A stretch of 64,000 nucleotides of DNA from a virus (IMGVR_UViG_3300037261_000012:30884-94883); one strand, 5' to 3'. Shown: positions 43,396 through 54,440, numbered from the stretch's first letter. Numbers and translations: made by a program. Notes: a model not told the origin generated them from the sequence alone.

Positions 43396-44355
43396 ATGTC
43401 ACTGTTCACTCGTAAGACCGTCCTTCTGGCTAAGATCGAAGCCACCAAGGGTACCGATTCTGCTCCAGGGGTAAGCACGGACGCGATGCTGATTCGCAAT
43501 GCAACTCTTACACCGCTGGAAATAGATGAGGTGGATCGTGCCTTGATGAGAAACTATCTTGGAGCATCACCCCAGGTAGTTGTTGGTCAGCATGTGGGTT
43601 TAGATTTTGAGATTGAAATTGCCGGGGCTGGTACTTCAGCAGTTACCGCACCCGCGTTTGCTCCACTATTGGCATCTTGCGGGTTTACTAGTGCAATAAA
43701 TGGTGCAACCAGTTGGCGCTTTACGCCCTCAAGCACATTCGACAATTCTAATGAATCATGCACTATGTGGGTGTACATAGACAGCGTGTTGCACAAGATT
43801 AAAGGTGCAATGGGTTCAGTGAGTTTCGATTTCACTGTCAAGCAAATTCCAGTGATGAAGTTCAAATTCCTGGGTCTTTACGCGGCGGCCTCTATATCGG
43901 ATGCTTCTCCAAGCGCCTTGACGCTGACATCATGGCAGACCCCGCTTGGTGTGAATAACATCAATACCAGTGGATTCACCTTACACGGTATCTCAGCCGT
44001 GCTTCAGTCTCTGACTATTGATATGGGTAATCAACTTACATATGAGTCTCTGGTTGGAACTGGTGGTGAGTTCGTGCAACAGACAGACCGTAAGATGGTT
44101 GGCAGCGTTACGATCCTTGCTAACACCTTCGCTACCAAGGATTGGTGGTCTGCGGCACTGGCTGCTACTCTTGGGTCTCTAGGGCTACTACATGGCACTG
44201 TAGGCTTCAATAAGTTTCAGATCACTTCTACCAGTACAGTGCAGTTGATGAAGCCAACATATGGTGACTTAAATGGAATGCGTACCGTGCAGATGGGGTT
44301 GCAATTCGTGCCTACATCAGCAGGTAACGATGAGATATTGATCGACACGTTATAA
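43396..44355 (+). CDS. tail tube protein, paralogue 2
   Basis: Colinear with paralogue 1 (e.g. DFTVKQIPVMKFKFLG identical); ends GNDE. Confidence 0.85.
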   Translation: MSLFTRKTVLLAKIEATKGTDSAPGVSTDAMLIRNATLTPLEIDEVDRALMRNYLGASPQVVVGQHVGLDFEIEIAGAGTSAVTAPAFAPLLASCGFTSAINGATSWRFTPSSTFDNSNESCTMWVYIDSVLHKIKGAMGSVSFDFTVKQIPVMKFKFLGLYAAASISDASPSALTLTSWQTPLGVNNINTSGFTLHGISAVLQSLTIDMGNQLTYESLVGTGGEFVQQTDRKMVGSVTILANTFATKDWWSAALAATLGSLGLLHGTVGFNKFQITSTSTVQLMKPTYGDLNGMRTVQMGLQFVPTSAGNDEILIDTL

Positions 44356-44428
44356 GGAGTTTGTATGGAGGGGCTGGCAATCAATTGCAGCCCTTGTTTC
44401 TTAACGGAGTAATAAGGAGTAGCAAAAT

Positions 44429-44767
44429 ATGTTCAAGATGCAAAAGCAAGACACATTCAAATGGCCCTGCATTATCAACGTTCCAAAAGACGGTGGTGGA
44501 TTTTCATCCCATGAAATGTCGGCGGAGTTCAAGCTGTTAGAGCAGAGCAAGATAGACGTTCTGTTGGAGCAGTTCAAGACCGCTGACAAAGACCTTCTCC
44601 AGACCTTGCTGGTAGGTTGGACTGGTGTATGCGATGAGGAAGGTAATCCAATGCCTTTCACTGATACCTCCAGGGATGCGTTCATCGACTACCCTTATGT
44701 CCGCACGGCGCTTCTGAAAGGATATTTCGAAGCCACAAGCGGGAACAAGGTGAAGAAGGGAAACTAA
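44429..44767 (+). CDS. tail assembly chaperone (gpG-like)
   Basis: F.WP..I.VP.DGG, LVGW.GV.DE.G..PF; ends at the slippery site. Confidence 0.85.
   Translation: MFKMQKQDTFKWPCIINVPKDGGGFSSHEMSAEFKLLEQSKIDVLLEQFKTADKDLLQTLLVGWTGVCDEEGNPMPFTDTSRDAFIDYPYVRTALLKGYFEATSGNKVKKGN
44758..44764 (+). other. -1 programmed ribosomal frameshift site GGGAAAC
   Basis: X XXY YYZ heptamer before TAA; the -1 frame is open through to 45126. Confidence 0.85.
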
Positions 44768-45126
44768 CCGACGCCGCTATACACTGGGCGGCAGGTGGTA
44801 AAGTAGCTGATGGGCCTGATGAGACTGAAGCAGCTTTTGCTGCAATGGGTATCACTATAGTTGGTGAAATCCCATTGTCTCCAGAAGAAGAAGATTTTTG
44901 TGTTTGGCCTGAAAACTGGGAAACATTCATCATGTTCATAAGACTAGGAACCCAGTGGAACGTGGCAGGAATGGGAGGAATTTCAGGATTAAATTACCCA
45001 GGAGTATGGACGCTACTGGACAGGTACTTACATAAGAATACAATAGAGGAGCGTCTGGAGATGTTCGAAGACTTACAGGCCATGGAGAGGGCAGCCCTCA
45101 AAGTACTGAACAAAAAGGCAGCGTAA
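44761..45126 (+). CDS. frameshift extension of the chaperone (gpGT-like)
   Basis: VWPENW....F..L.TQW....G..GL.Y...LQ.ME.AAL. Confidence 0.8.
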   Translation, partial: KLTDAAIHWAAGGKVADGPDETEAAFAAMGITIVGEIPLSPEEEDFCVWPENWETFIMFIRLGTQWNVAGMGGISGLNYPGVWTLLDRYLHKNTIEERLEMFEDLQAMERAALKVLNKKAA

Positions 45127-48100
45127 TGAGCCAGGATAATGTAACAATCGCAATGCGGTTTACCGTGGATGGTAAAGAGCTTACCGCTGCGGTTTCCCTA
45201 GCTAAAGATGAGCTTGATAAGCTCACTGATGCCGCAAAGCGTTCTGCCGATGCGGCTGACAAACACTCTGAGTCTAACAAGGGGTTAATTGAATCCCTTG
45301 GCTTGACCAAAAAAGCTGTGTTGGAACTGGCTGAGGCGTTTGGTGCATTCAAAGTCCTTGAATACGTCAAAGAAGCCGCTCAATTAGCCGCATCCTACGA
45401 ATCTTTGGGCATTGCTATGAAGATAGTCGGCAACAATGCTGGTTACACCGGCGCTCAGATGAATGAGTTTGCCGAAAAACTCTCTAATCTAGGAATGACT
45501 GGGGAAGCTGCCAGAAACGCCCTGATGAAGATGGCCCAGGCTCAAATGGATTTGACTAAGGCTACTGAGCTTGGAAGAATGGCGATGGATGCCTCAATCG
45601 TCAGTGGTAAGTCTGTAGAAGAATCTTTGCAGATAATGATTCGTAGCGTAAATACCGGCATGTCCATGGCTAGGTCTGGTATGGGTATCACTGTAGACTA
45701 TACTAAAGCCTTGAAGGAGTATGCTACAGCCCACGGAATGGTTGCCGGGCAATTGCTTAAATCAGAACAATCAGAAGCCAGGCTGCAAGCCCTGCTGAAG
45801 CAAGGCCCGACTATTGCGGGGGCATATGCGGCTGGAGTGAATACCTATACCGTCCAAATGAGATTGGCTGGTGTATATGCTGAAGAAACTAAGTTAGCCA
45901 TTGGAGGATTATTTACTGAGGCTATGACCTTAGCAGCGATGGCTTATACTGGGCACCTTAAAGAAACTAATGAAGAAATGCGGAATTTAGCTGCTAATAA
46001 GGAGCTTGTTAATTGGGCTAATGATATAACTGAAGCGTTTGTGAGTGTAGCAGATTTCTTGATTCTCACTACTAGAACCATGATAGCCCTGTGGGCTTCA
46101 GCTAAGGTTGTATGGGCAGACATAAAGAATGCCGCTGCTAATATGACCCCAGAAAAGCCTACAGGGGTTCTTGGGATTGTTACAGCAACTCTTGGTCATG
46201 CTGTTGGTATGGATGGTAATGATGGGTCTGCTGCTCAGAAAGCTAGGAATGAGGCTAATGAAGCTGCTAATAATAAATGGAAAACTCTAGCTGAGAGTAG
46301 CTTAACTCCAATGGCTGACGCCTTGGCTTCAAGAAGGGCTGCTAAAGCTGCTAATGATTATCGTGATCCTTTGACAGGTACAACCGCAGCCGAAGATGAT
46401 GAGCAGGCTAAAATAAAAGCGTCTAAATTGAGAAACGATGCCGAGGTACGAGCACGAGACTCAAAAATGAGTACTGATGCCGCCTATGCAGAAGCCAAGG
46501 CTAGTGTTGCAAGTAGGTACGCCTTGTTGGAGGAGGGGGTAAAAAAGGAACAAAACGAGGAGGATTATTATCATAAGTTAGGAATAACTAATGATGAGGA
46601 GTACTATGCAGAAAAAGATAGCTTGGCTATTGATGCTTTGCAGCTAAAGAAAGAAAAGCTTCAAGAAGACCTAGCTTTAGTAAATAGTGCTTCCAACCCG
46701 CAAAGTGGTGCAGCTAAAGCGGCAGAAACAGCTAAGATTTCAGGATCAATTGCTGTAGCTCAAGGGGCTATTGACGACGCTTATGATAAACAAGCGGAAG
46801 ACAAGATTATTCGCCAAAGAACGGCTATAGATGCTCTGGTAAAATCATATGAAGATGCCACAAAGGCTGCTGGGGCTGAATTAGAAACTATGAAGTTGAG
46901 TAATGAGGAAATAGGAAAAGGCCCGGAAGAACTGGCTATCCTTAAAGCGGCTAGAGACGCTGAGACCAGTTCAAGGCTGCAATCAAGTGCAGCGGCTATC
47001 CGTGCGTCCGCAGCAGAAATGTCTGGCAAGCCAGGTATGGAATGGGCAGTAAAACAATATAGTGCTATAGCTGATGCTATGGATTTAGAATCTGCTGCTC
47101 TTAATGCCAACATTGAAATGAAGTTGAAAGGGGATAATCTAACTAAAGATCAGGAAATAAAGGTTGCTCAACAAGCTTTGGAAGAAATTGGATTGACCAC
47201 TGAGGGATTGAGACTCCTTAAATTGCGCCGAGACCAGGAAACACTCTCCAAGCTGGAAAGCCAAAAAGCTACTATCATGGGGAGACCTCATACTGATGAG
47301 GAGATTGCTCAGATAGATTTGCTTATCTCTAAAACAAAGCAATTACAGGATGTAACCCAGCAAACTACGACAGCCAAACAATGGAATGACTGGTGGAAAG
47401 GAATAACTGATAGTGTGGAACAAGGATTGACCACTTCTCTTATGAATGGTTTTGCAGCAGGTAAAGGGTTTGGTCAGAGCTTTATTGACTCTCTGAAAAC
47501 ACTATTCAAAACCACTGTACTGAAAGTGCTAGTACAAGGAGTTATGGGTACTATCACAGGAACTGGTATGAGTCTAGCTGCTATGGCTGCTGGCTCAGGT
47601 GGAGTGGCAGGTGCTGGGAGTGAAGTTGGTGGTTTGTTTAACATGGCAAGCGCCGCAAATTCTGTAAGTGGTTGGTTTGGGGGGCCTAGTGTAGGAAGTA
47701 TGGCTAGTAGTGGTGTTGCTGGTGTTGCTTCTACAATTATCCCAGGGACAGTACCTATGGTTGCTGCTGGGGCAACGGAGATAGGGGCTGGTGCTATTGC
47801 TGCTGGGGCTGGTGATGCTGCCGTTGCTGGTGGCGCTGGTATGGCCGTTGGTGACATGGCTATGGCTGCAGTACCTTATGTTGGACTGGCTCTTGCTGCT
47901 GCATATGCATTAGGATTGTTTGGTAGTAGTCCCAGAACAGCTAGTGTTATTGGTACTGGGCTTGCTGGGACAATTAGGCAAACAGGTTCTACTGCTAGTA
48001 TCGCAACAGCTATGGGCACCGCCCCTGATGATCGTTGGGGTGGGTCAGTATTGTCTCCAGCCAACGATGCTCAAATGGCTATTGTAAATAACAGTGTAAC

Positions 48101-50405
48101 CGCCTTGTTTGACAACATGACTAAGGCTGCGACCAAAGCTGGTTTTGCGGTAAGTGGGTTGGATCAGATTGCAGTGGACTTTACTTTCTCTACCAAGAAT
48201 GGGGATCAAGTGGTGGCGGATTTGGTGGCAGGTCTTGCTCTTACTTCTGATCAGATTGCATTGAAGGTAATACCAAACCTTAAAAATTTCCAATTAAACG
48301 GTGAGACTCTGACACAAACATTCCAGCGTCTTACTACCGATGTTTCTGCCGTGAAGGTGGTGTTCGATTTGCTGGGTAAGCAGATGCCTACTACCACTGA
48401 CCAGATTATTGGTGTAACTGAAGCCTTGGCTGCTTTGTTTGGTAGTTCCGCCAACATGCAATCGGCGGTGCAGACTTACTACACCGCAATGTACTCCAAG
48501 GAAGAACAAGCGGCTAAGCAAGCGTCTGATGTCGCTTCGGCCTTTGCATTGATGGGAAAAGAGGTACCAAAGTCTAAGGAAGCATTCATTGCCTTGGTGA
48601 ATAGTGTTGATCTGACCACGGATGCTGGTCGCGCCTTGTTTGGGTCATTGATGGTGGTAGCCCCAGAATTTGCGGCAGTTTCTGATGCGGCAGTTGCAGC
48701 AGGAACCTCCTTGGGAACCTTGGCTGACCAGATGACTGCATCAAATAAAGCCGCTGTGGCTGCAATAGATGCTGAATTAACTGTGGCTGGTAAAGCAAGT
48801 TCGGCAGCTAATACCACAGGAGCAGCTTACCAAAAATTAGCTGATACCTTGAGCAATGCAATAAAAGGAATAAGCCAAGGCGCTTTGTCCCCTGATAGCA
48901 TCTCTACCCAATACGATACTGCAAAAGCATTATTTTCTTCCACTTCTACTTTGGCTAACAGTGGGGATCAGACAGCAATAGCTGCGTTGCCACAAATGTC
49001 TACTGACTTGCTGAATCTCAGTAGGCAAATGTTTGCCTCGGGGGAGCAGTACAACACTGACTGGTTGATGGTTAATGATGAACTTAAAGCAGCCAATGTG
49101 GTTGCTCTTGCCGCTGTGGATTGGAACCAAAGGCAAGCCACCACACTTGATTTGCATACGACCATCCTGACGGCTATGAAAGAGGAGTTGTTGAAGCCAA
49201 ACCCTGATACCGCAATACTACAAGATTACACCACGCAGGATGAGGCCGTGCAGCAGGTGATGAAGGGGGCGGTAGTTGGAACTGCTGCCTCAATTGATTT
49301 GTTGAAATTGCAAGGAATCAAAGCGCAATTCGATCTTACATCGTTGGTGTCTTATATTTCTGATGTATCTGGTCTTCCTGATGACCTTCGTGCATTGATG
49401 AAAGCGGGGACTAAGGATTATGCAATGGTACTGAAGGCAGCCCTTGATGATGCAAGTCTGTCTGACAATGCCAAGAACTTGTTGATCACAGGTTCTGGGG
49501 CATATACAGCTACCATAATGGCTATACTGTCAGGGGATGGTAGCGCAATAGATAAAGCAACTGCATTCAGTAAATTGGCAGGCTTAACAAGTGTCTTCAC
49601 AGGGAAGGTGGTTGTTACAGGGGCCGATAGTGCAGATACTCTGCAAGCAATGAACGACCTTAAATCGTTTACCAAGGACTTTACTTTTGTTATAAGCGCC
49701 GACCTCTCTCCTTACGATCAATTAAAGGAGGATTTTGCTTGGGCTACTGCCCATTCCACTGTTACGCAGTACATCGACGTGGTGACTAGGTACACCACTG
49801 AGGGCCTGCAAGAGGTTATAGACGCTGCTACGCGTGTCGCGGCTGTTTCTGCCGCCGCTGTCGCTGCTGCCATTACCATTGGTTCTGCTCCTAAGGCAAC
49901 AGATATAGTGACAGCAAATACTGTACCTACCCGGTTTAGTTGGGCTGATTATGCTTCCGCCCAAGCTATGTATGAGGGTTCTCCTGACAATTTAGCGGCG
50001 TTTCAAACTTTCCAAGATTTTTGGGATTATTTTACGCAGATAAGCCACTCACCATTACCAAACCATGCTATGGGTGGTATCGCCAGCGGTTGGTCAATAG
50101 TTGGAGAACAAGGCCCAGAACTTGCCAACTTCTCTAACCCTGCTCGAATTTATACAGCCGATCAGACCAGTAGCATGCTCCATGGGGGAGGTGGAATGAC
50201 AGCCGAGCAGGCTAGGGTGTTATTGCAATCAATTGCAGAGACAAATAAGTTGTTGGAAAAAGTAAGCCAGTCTTCCAGCCAGGACGTTCGGGAGCAAACT
50301 GCGGTACTAGCTAGGGTTCAAGTTGAATCTGTTGGCAAGCTTACGCAGACCCAAAAAGATATCGCTGCTCGTAAAGAGGCTCAAGCTAAAGCAGTATTCA
50401 GATGA
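45126..50405 (+). CDS. tape measure protein (1759 aa)
   Basis: Length, Ala-rich helical composition, position, C-terminal A.GG....VGEQGPEL. Confidence 0.92.
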   Translation: MSQDNVTIAMRFTVDGKELTAAVSLAKDELDKLTDAAKRSADAADKHSESNKGLIESLGLTKKAVLELAEAFGAFKVLEYVKEAAQLAASYESLGIAMKIVGNNAGYTGAQMNEFAEKLSNLGMTGEAARNALMKMAQAQMDLTKATELGRMAMDASIVSGKSVEESLQIMIRSVNTGMSMARSGMGITVDYTKALKEYATAHGMVAGQLLKSEQSEARLQALLKQGPTIAGAYAAGVNTYTVQMRLAGVYAEETKLAIGGLFTEAMTLAAMAYTGHLKETNEEMRNLAANKELVNWANDITEAFVSVADFLILTTRTMIALWASAKVVWADIKNAAANMTPEKPTGVLGIVTATLGHAVGMDGNDGSAAQKARNEANEAANNKWKTLAESSLTPMADALASRRAAKAANDYRDPLTGTTAAEDDEQAKIKASKLRNDAEVRARDSKMSTDAAYAEAKASVASRYALLEEGVKKEQNEEDYYHKLGITNDEEYYAEKDSLAIDALQLKKEKLQEDLALVNSASNPQSGAAKAAETAKISGSIAVAQGAIDDAYDKQAEDKIIRQRTAIDALVKSYEDATKAAGAELETMKLSNEEIGKGPEELAILKAARDAETSSRLQSSAAAIRASAAEMSGKPGMEWAVKQYSAIADAMDLESAALNANIEMKLKGDNLTKDQEIKVAQQALEEIGLTTEGLRLLKLRRDQETLSKLESQKATIMGRPHTDEEIAQIDLLISKTKQLQDVTQQTTTAKQWNDWWKGITDSVEQGLTTSLMNGFAAGKGFGQSFIDSLKTLFKTTVLKVLVQGVMGTITGTGMSLAAMAAGSGGVAGAGSEVGGLFNMASAANSVSGWFGGPSVGSMASSGVAGVASTIIPGTVPMVAAGATEIGAGAIAAGAGDAAVAGGAGMAVGDMAMAAVPYVGLALAAAYALGLFGSSPRTASVIGTGLAGTIRQTGSTASIATAMGTAPDDRWGGSVLSPANDAQMAIVNNSVTALFDNMTKAATKAGFAVSGLDQIAVDFTFSTKNGDQVVADLVAGLALTSDQIALKVIPNLKNFQLNGETLTQTFQRLTTDVSAVKVVFDLLGKQMPTTTDQIIGVTEALAALFGSSANMQSAVQTYYTAMYSKEEQAAKQASDVASAFALMGKEVPKSKEAFIALVNSVDLTTDAGRALFGSLMVVAPEFAAVSDAAVAAGTSLGTLADQMTASNKAAVAAIDAELTVAGKASSAANTTGAAYQKLADTLSNAIKGISQGALSPDSISTQYDTAKALFSSTSTLANSGDQTAIAALPQMSTDLLNLSRQMFASGEQYNTDWLMVNDELKAANVVALAAVDWNQRQATTLDLHTTILTAMKEELLKPNPDTAILQDYTTQDEAVQQVMKGAVVGTAASIDLLKLQGIKAQFDLTSLVSYISDVSGLPDDLRALMKAGTKDYAMVLKAALDDASLSDNAKNLLITGSGAYTATIMAILSGDGSAIDKATAFSKLAGLTSVFTGKVVVTGADSADTLQAMNDLKSFTKDFTFVISADLSPYDQLKEDFAWATAHSTVTQYIDVVTRYTTEGLQEVIDAATRVAAVSAAAVAAAITIGSAPKATDIVTANTVPTRFSWADYASAQAMYEGSPDNLAAFQTFQDFWDYFTQISHSPLPNHAMGGIASGWSIVGEQGPELANFSNPARIYTADQTSSMLHGGGGMTAEQARVLLQSIAETNKLLEKVSQSSSQDVREQTAVLARVQVESVGKLTQTQKDIAARKEAQAKAVFR

Positions 50406-51958
50406 GTCTGTCTACCAACTTCAAAACGTGGTTAGCCAGTGATGACGTGGGTCTTCGCTGCTTGCTTGTTGATGTAGGGGTGCTGATTGGTGGGCATGGA
50501 GGGTCTGAGACTACTCGTTACCTGTCTGATGTAGGGTATGCTACCGCTGCTGGAGACACCCCAGCAAATACTCCCTACCAGTCATGTGTTTCTGGGAGTG
50601 GGGTGCAATTTTCCCGTAGACTTGATATTGAAGGCTCTGGTGGCAGCATCTCCTATGGAGACATAGAGATATACAATGAGGATGGCTCTCTTGATAGCTG
50701 GATCAATGATATTTGGGCTGGAAGGGTTATAAATGTGTATCTAGGGGATGCTGGAGATGCCACAAGAGGTATAGCCAAATGGCCTAAAACGCAGTTTGAG
50801 CTTATTTTCAGTGGTACTGTAGATGACATAGTGCCAAAGTCTAGAACACTGCTAAGCCTGACTGTGAGGGATATTTTTGGGCCTTTGAACTCGGCAATTT
50901 CTACTTCTACTGTTCTAAGCGCCTTTGGAGGGACTCCTCCACAACCAGATCAATTACTCCCAATTTGTCTTGGGGAGTGCTTTAATGTGACGCCCATGCT
51001 GGTAAGCACAACCGGAAAAGGAACTTATTCAGTCCACCTCAAAACCACGATCCAAAGCGTGGCAGAGACTGTTGCAGGCGTTCCTGTCACAGAGGTACGG
51101 GATAATGGGGTGAGGGTTGCCTCAACCCCCGATGCATCCACCGCTACGTTCGCCCTTACAAATCAACTTTATGGCACATTAACTTGCGATGTGCAGGGAG
51201 CTAAGATTGCTGGTGATTGGCGCAATGATGTTGGAGGCTTGGTGGAGTGGATCGCCACTTTGCTTGGGGACGGGCAATTTATTACCAGCGGGCAGATTGA
51301 TGCCACAGCCCTGACTGCGTTTCGTGCTGCTTGCCCACAGGCTGTTGGGCTTTACACTGATGGTCGAGCGAATAGATTACAGACAATGCAGCAACTTGCG
51401 GCTAGTGTTGGTGCCACCTTAACGACTACTTATGATGGAAAGCTTATCCTAGTCAGGGTTGATCTTTCTGGTGGATCAGTTGGGACTATCACCACAAGAG
51501 ACATGGTAAGTGGAACTTTCGGCCCTGTTAGCCGTACTGTAGTTAATGGGGCAATAAGCCTGAATTCAGGTAGGAATTGGACTCCACAAACCACCCTTGC
51601 TGCCCAGCTTACAGCGGCGCAATTGCCAATATTTGAGAATGCGGTGGTGCTCAATTCTGTGTCAGATAGTGCTGTATTGGTAGATTGGAAGCAAGTTTCT
51701 ACACCTGTACCAGTAGATACCTTATTGGTAATCACGTCGGAAGCGGTGACAGAGGCAAATCGCTTGCTGGCCCTGTGGAAGGTGCCCCATACAATTTATG
51801 GGTTCGACGGGTTTGCCAGCTTGTTTAAGTATGAAATAGGTAATATCGTTACCTTGGTGTTTCCAAGATTCGGACTATCTGGTGGTGTTACTGGCCAGAT
51901 AGTGGGTGTGACACATGACTGGGTAAAGAGAGTAGTACACCTTGAGGTGATGGTCTAA
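50402..51958 (+). CDS. tail tip/hub protein
   Basis: G.IEI.N.DG.LD.W, P...GE.FNV.P, G..V....PRFGL..G. Confidence 0.75.
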   Translation: MSLSTNFKTWLASDDVGLRCLLVDVGVLIGGHGGSETTRYLSDVGYATAAGDTPANTPYQSCVSGSGVQFSRRLDIEGSGGSISYGDIEIYNEDGSLDSWINDIWAGRVINVYLGDAGDATRGIAKWPKTQFELIFSGTVDDIVPKSRTLLSLTVRDIFGPLNSAISTSTVLSAFGGTPPQPDQLLPICLGECFNVTPMLVSTTGKGTYSVHLKTTIQSVAETVAGVPVTEVRDNGVRVASTPDASTATFALTNQLYGTLTCDVQGAKIAGDWRNDVGGLVEWIATLLGDGQFITSGQIDATALTAFRAACPQAVGLYTDGRANRLQTMQQLAASVGATLTTTYDGKLILVRVDLSGGSVGTITTRDMVSGTFGPVSRTVVNGAISLNSGRNWTPQTTLAAQLTAAQLPIFENAVVLNSVSDSAVLVDWKQVSTPVPVDTLLVITSEAVTEANRLLALWKVPHTIYGFDGFASLFKYEIGNIVTLVFPRFGLSGGVTGQIVGVTHDWVKRVVHLEVMV

Positions 51959-53862
51959 TGACTACAATTGTCTCCACTCGCATTGTTGCTTTGCAGGCCA
52001 TTGGTGATGCTAATCGGTTGCAAGCAGATAGTGCTGTCCTGCTAATAGACCAGAAAGCTTCTTGGATAGCATTGAATGCAGCTATTCTTGCAGAGCAAAG
52101 CGGAATTGACGCGCAGGCCGATGCCTTTGCGGTGTCAAGAGTTGCATATGACGCTTCAATTACTGCTCTCACGGCATACCTGGCTACGCTTACAACCCCG
52201 GTTGCGTGGAATGTCCTGACTGATAGAACCACTATCGTCCTGGCAACTTTTAAGGATGCGTTCAATCTTGTGGCTTTGGACAAGCAGGCGTTGCTGAATT
52301 CAATCTATGCGGCGGCACAGGCTTTAGCTGTTGCTGCCTCTGCCAGTGCGGCATTGAAGCTCGCTAAAGCCGGTGGTGACACTTTGACAGGTGTACAGGA
52401 TATTGACACCACATCCTATGCTGCTGGGATACGAGTAGGCACAGGTCTAACGTGGAACACCAGTACAGGGGCGGTTACAGGTGGCTCTGGGGTTGTAACC
52501 ACTAAAAGAGGAATCGTAGGAGTTAATGCAGGTACTGTGAATTTCGTCCTGAGTGCAGCGGACGGAAGTATCACTGCATTACTAGGAACTATTGGTGGTT
52601 GGACAATTGGCTCAACCTCCTTGAGCGCCTCTGCTGGGTATGTGGGGTTTGATTCCACTGTGACAGGTGGAAATGATCTTCGTATATGGGCAGGTAGTGC
52701 CACACCTGCTTCTGCACCATTTCGCGTGTATGAGGATGGAAGCATATACGCTGGTTCTGGTACGTTCGCAGGTGATATAAACACTTCTGGGAAAGTAATA
52801 GGAACTGGTGGGTATAATGCAGGAGGGGGTACTTCATCAATTAGTGGCATTCCTGTTAGCACAAACGTAAATGGTGTAACTGGAGTGGCATCTGGTACCG
52901 GCGTTGGAGTATCAGGGTTGGGTTCTGGATTAGGGTCTGGGGTATTAGCGACTAATACTGGAGTTGGTGCTGGAATTCTTGGGATTAATTCAGGCAGTGG
53001 TTATGGTGCTTATTTTCAAGGAAACACTGTTTCTTCCGCAGTATATATTTATGGTAATACGGGCCAATATGCTTTAGAGCTTGGAGGCACCGGCACTGCG
53101 TCCATGCCCGGCGTCGTCACCGGAGGCATGTTCAACGGCCCCATCGGCGGGGCGGGTGCTACACCAGCGGCGATCAGCGGGACGACAGGGACGTTCACCG
53201 GCGCAGTTAAAACTTCAGAATCTGGTGGGGCAGGTTGGGGTGGTTCAGCACACGCTTCTGGTTTTAGGACTGCTTGGAGTTCTGGCTATGGAGCGAGCTT
53301 CGAGGCTTGGGATGGTGATGCCCCGAAGTGGGGTATTTATAACTGGAATGCAAACACCCCATCAGTTGTAATGCAGGGGCAATATAACAATACTGATGTC
53401 ACCTTTACCAGTGCAGTCACCATGCCCGCGCAGCCCGCCTTCCTCGCTTACAACAGCGCCAACATTACCACCAGCACAGGCAGTACCGGGCCGTATAAGC
53501 TGATTTGCAACGCGGAGGTATTCGATCAGGCAGGAAGCCACAACACGAGCACCGGGGAATTTGTTGCGGGCGTAACTGGACGCTACAGATTCTCTTTCAC
53601 CATCCACGCCTACAACATGAGTGGAGCGACGTTTGCTGATGTGTGGCTGTATACAGACAATAGAAACGTGCATTTAGATGAAACTATCACGGTTGCCGAC
53701 GAGCAAATTTTCAACGGTTCAACCTTGGTGGACATGGATGCTAATGACGTTGCGTACATAAATTTCAAGGTGCTTGGGCTGGCTAACAATACCACCCTCG
53801 TCATAGTTGGGAATGTCACTGGTAACCCTGAAACTAGCTGGTCAGGAGAACTCGTATGTTGA
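51958..53862 (+). CDS. tail fibre with C-terminal C1q-like domain
   Basis: G.IGGWTI and APFRV..DG fibre motifs; PAF.AY..FD....TG.F.A...G.Y.F...SG.L. Confidence 0.8.
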   Translation: MTTIVSTRIVALQAIGDANRLQADSAVLLIDQKASWIALNAAILAEQSGIDAQADAFAVSRVAYDASITALTAYLATLTTPVAWNVLTDRTTIVLATFKDAFNLVALDKQALLNSIYAAAQALAVAASASAALKLAKAGGDTLTGVQDIDTTSYAAGIRVGTGLTWNTSTGAVTGGSGVVTTKRGIVGVNAGTVNFVLSAADGSITALLGTIGGWTIGSTSLSASAGYVGFDSTVTGGNDLRIWAGSATPASAPFRVYEDGSIYAGSGTFAGDINTSGKVIGTGGYNAGGGTSSISGIPVSTNVNGVTGVASGTGVGVSGLGSGLGSGVLATNTGVGAGILGINSGSGYGAYFQGNTVSSAVYIYGNTGQYALELGGTGTASMPGVVTGGMFNGPIGGAGATPAAISGTTGTFTGAVKTSESGGAGWGGSAHASGFRTAWSSGYGASFEAWDGDAPKWGIYNWNANTPSVVMQGQYNNTDVTFTSAVTMPAQPAFLAYNSANITTSTGSTGPYKLICNAEVFDQAGSHNTSTGEFVAGVTGRYRFSFTIHAYNMSGATFADVWLYTDNRNVHLDETITVADEQIFNGSTLVDMDANDVAYINFKVLGLANNTTLVIVGNVTGNPETSWSGELVC

Positions 53863-54164
53863 CTGAGCAAGATAAAGCGGTGCTGGCACATCTTGTCGAA
53901 AATTCGGATGCGTGGATTGCGCGGGCATTGGCGGACTCGCGCTTTGGCCCGGAAACGGTGCTCGCCAAATGTCGCCGCGATGTTCACGTCATAGCGTATA
54001 ATGTAGCAAAGGACGCCAAGGACTACAAGCCACGCGGCCCCGTGCCGAGTGATGAAACGTGCAAGGCGGTGGCGGACGCATTTGCCACCGCCGAGCAAGT
54101 GAAGCAGGACGCAGCAGCAGCAAAGGCAGCACAGCAGGATCGAATCAACAATCTTTTCACTTAA
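53856..54164 (+). CDS. hypothetical protein
   Basis: AGGAG RBS. Confidence 0.7.
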   Translation: MLTEQDKAVLAHLVENSDAWIARALADSRFGPETVLAKCRRDVHVIAYNVAKDAKDYKPRGPVPSDETCKAVADAFATAEQVKQDAAAAKAAQQDRINNLFT

Positions 54165-54179
54165 CCGAAGGAGCAAACC

Positions 54180-54440
54180 ATGAACGGACAAGACGGCAGG
54201 ATCAACATCGACGTTTCAAACTATCTTGACCTGAAAGCGAAGGGCGCAGCCCGCGTGATCAAGGTGGACGGCGTGTGTCACTACGCCACCAAGCGGTTCG
54301 ACTCAACCACAGGCGCGGCACAGTCAATGCTGGTGCCGATGAACCGTGATCAAGTTGTGGCGGCGCGGTTGCAGCAGCAAGGCACCCTCGATGCACTTGA
54401 CGCAGTGCTGGCCGACATTGACGCGGCTAAAGAAGTTTAA
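54180..54440 (+). CDS. hypothetical protein
   Basis: AAGGAG RBS. Confidence 0.7.
   Translation: MNGQDGRINIDVSNYLDLKAKGAARVIKVDGVCHYATKRFDSTTGAAQSMLVPMNRDQVVAARLQQQGTLDALDAVLADIDAAKEV

Noticed and set aside
42439-44355. Contractile tail (sheath plus tube)
   Set aside because: The two genes are paralogues of each other; no sheath or baseplate wedge genes are recognisable
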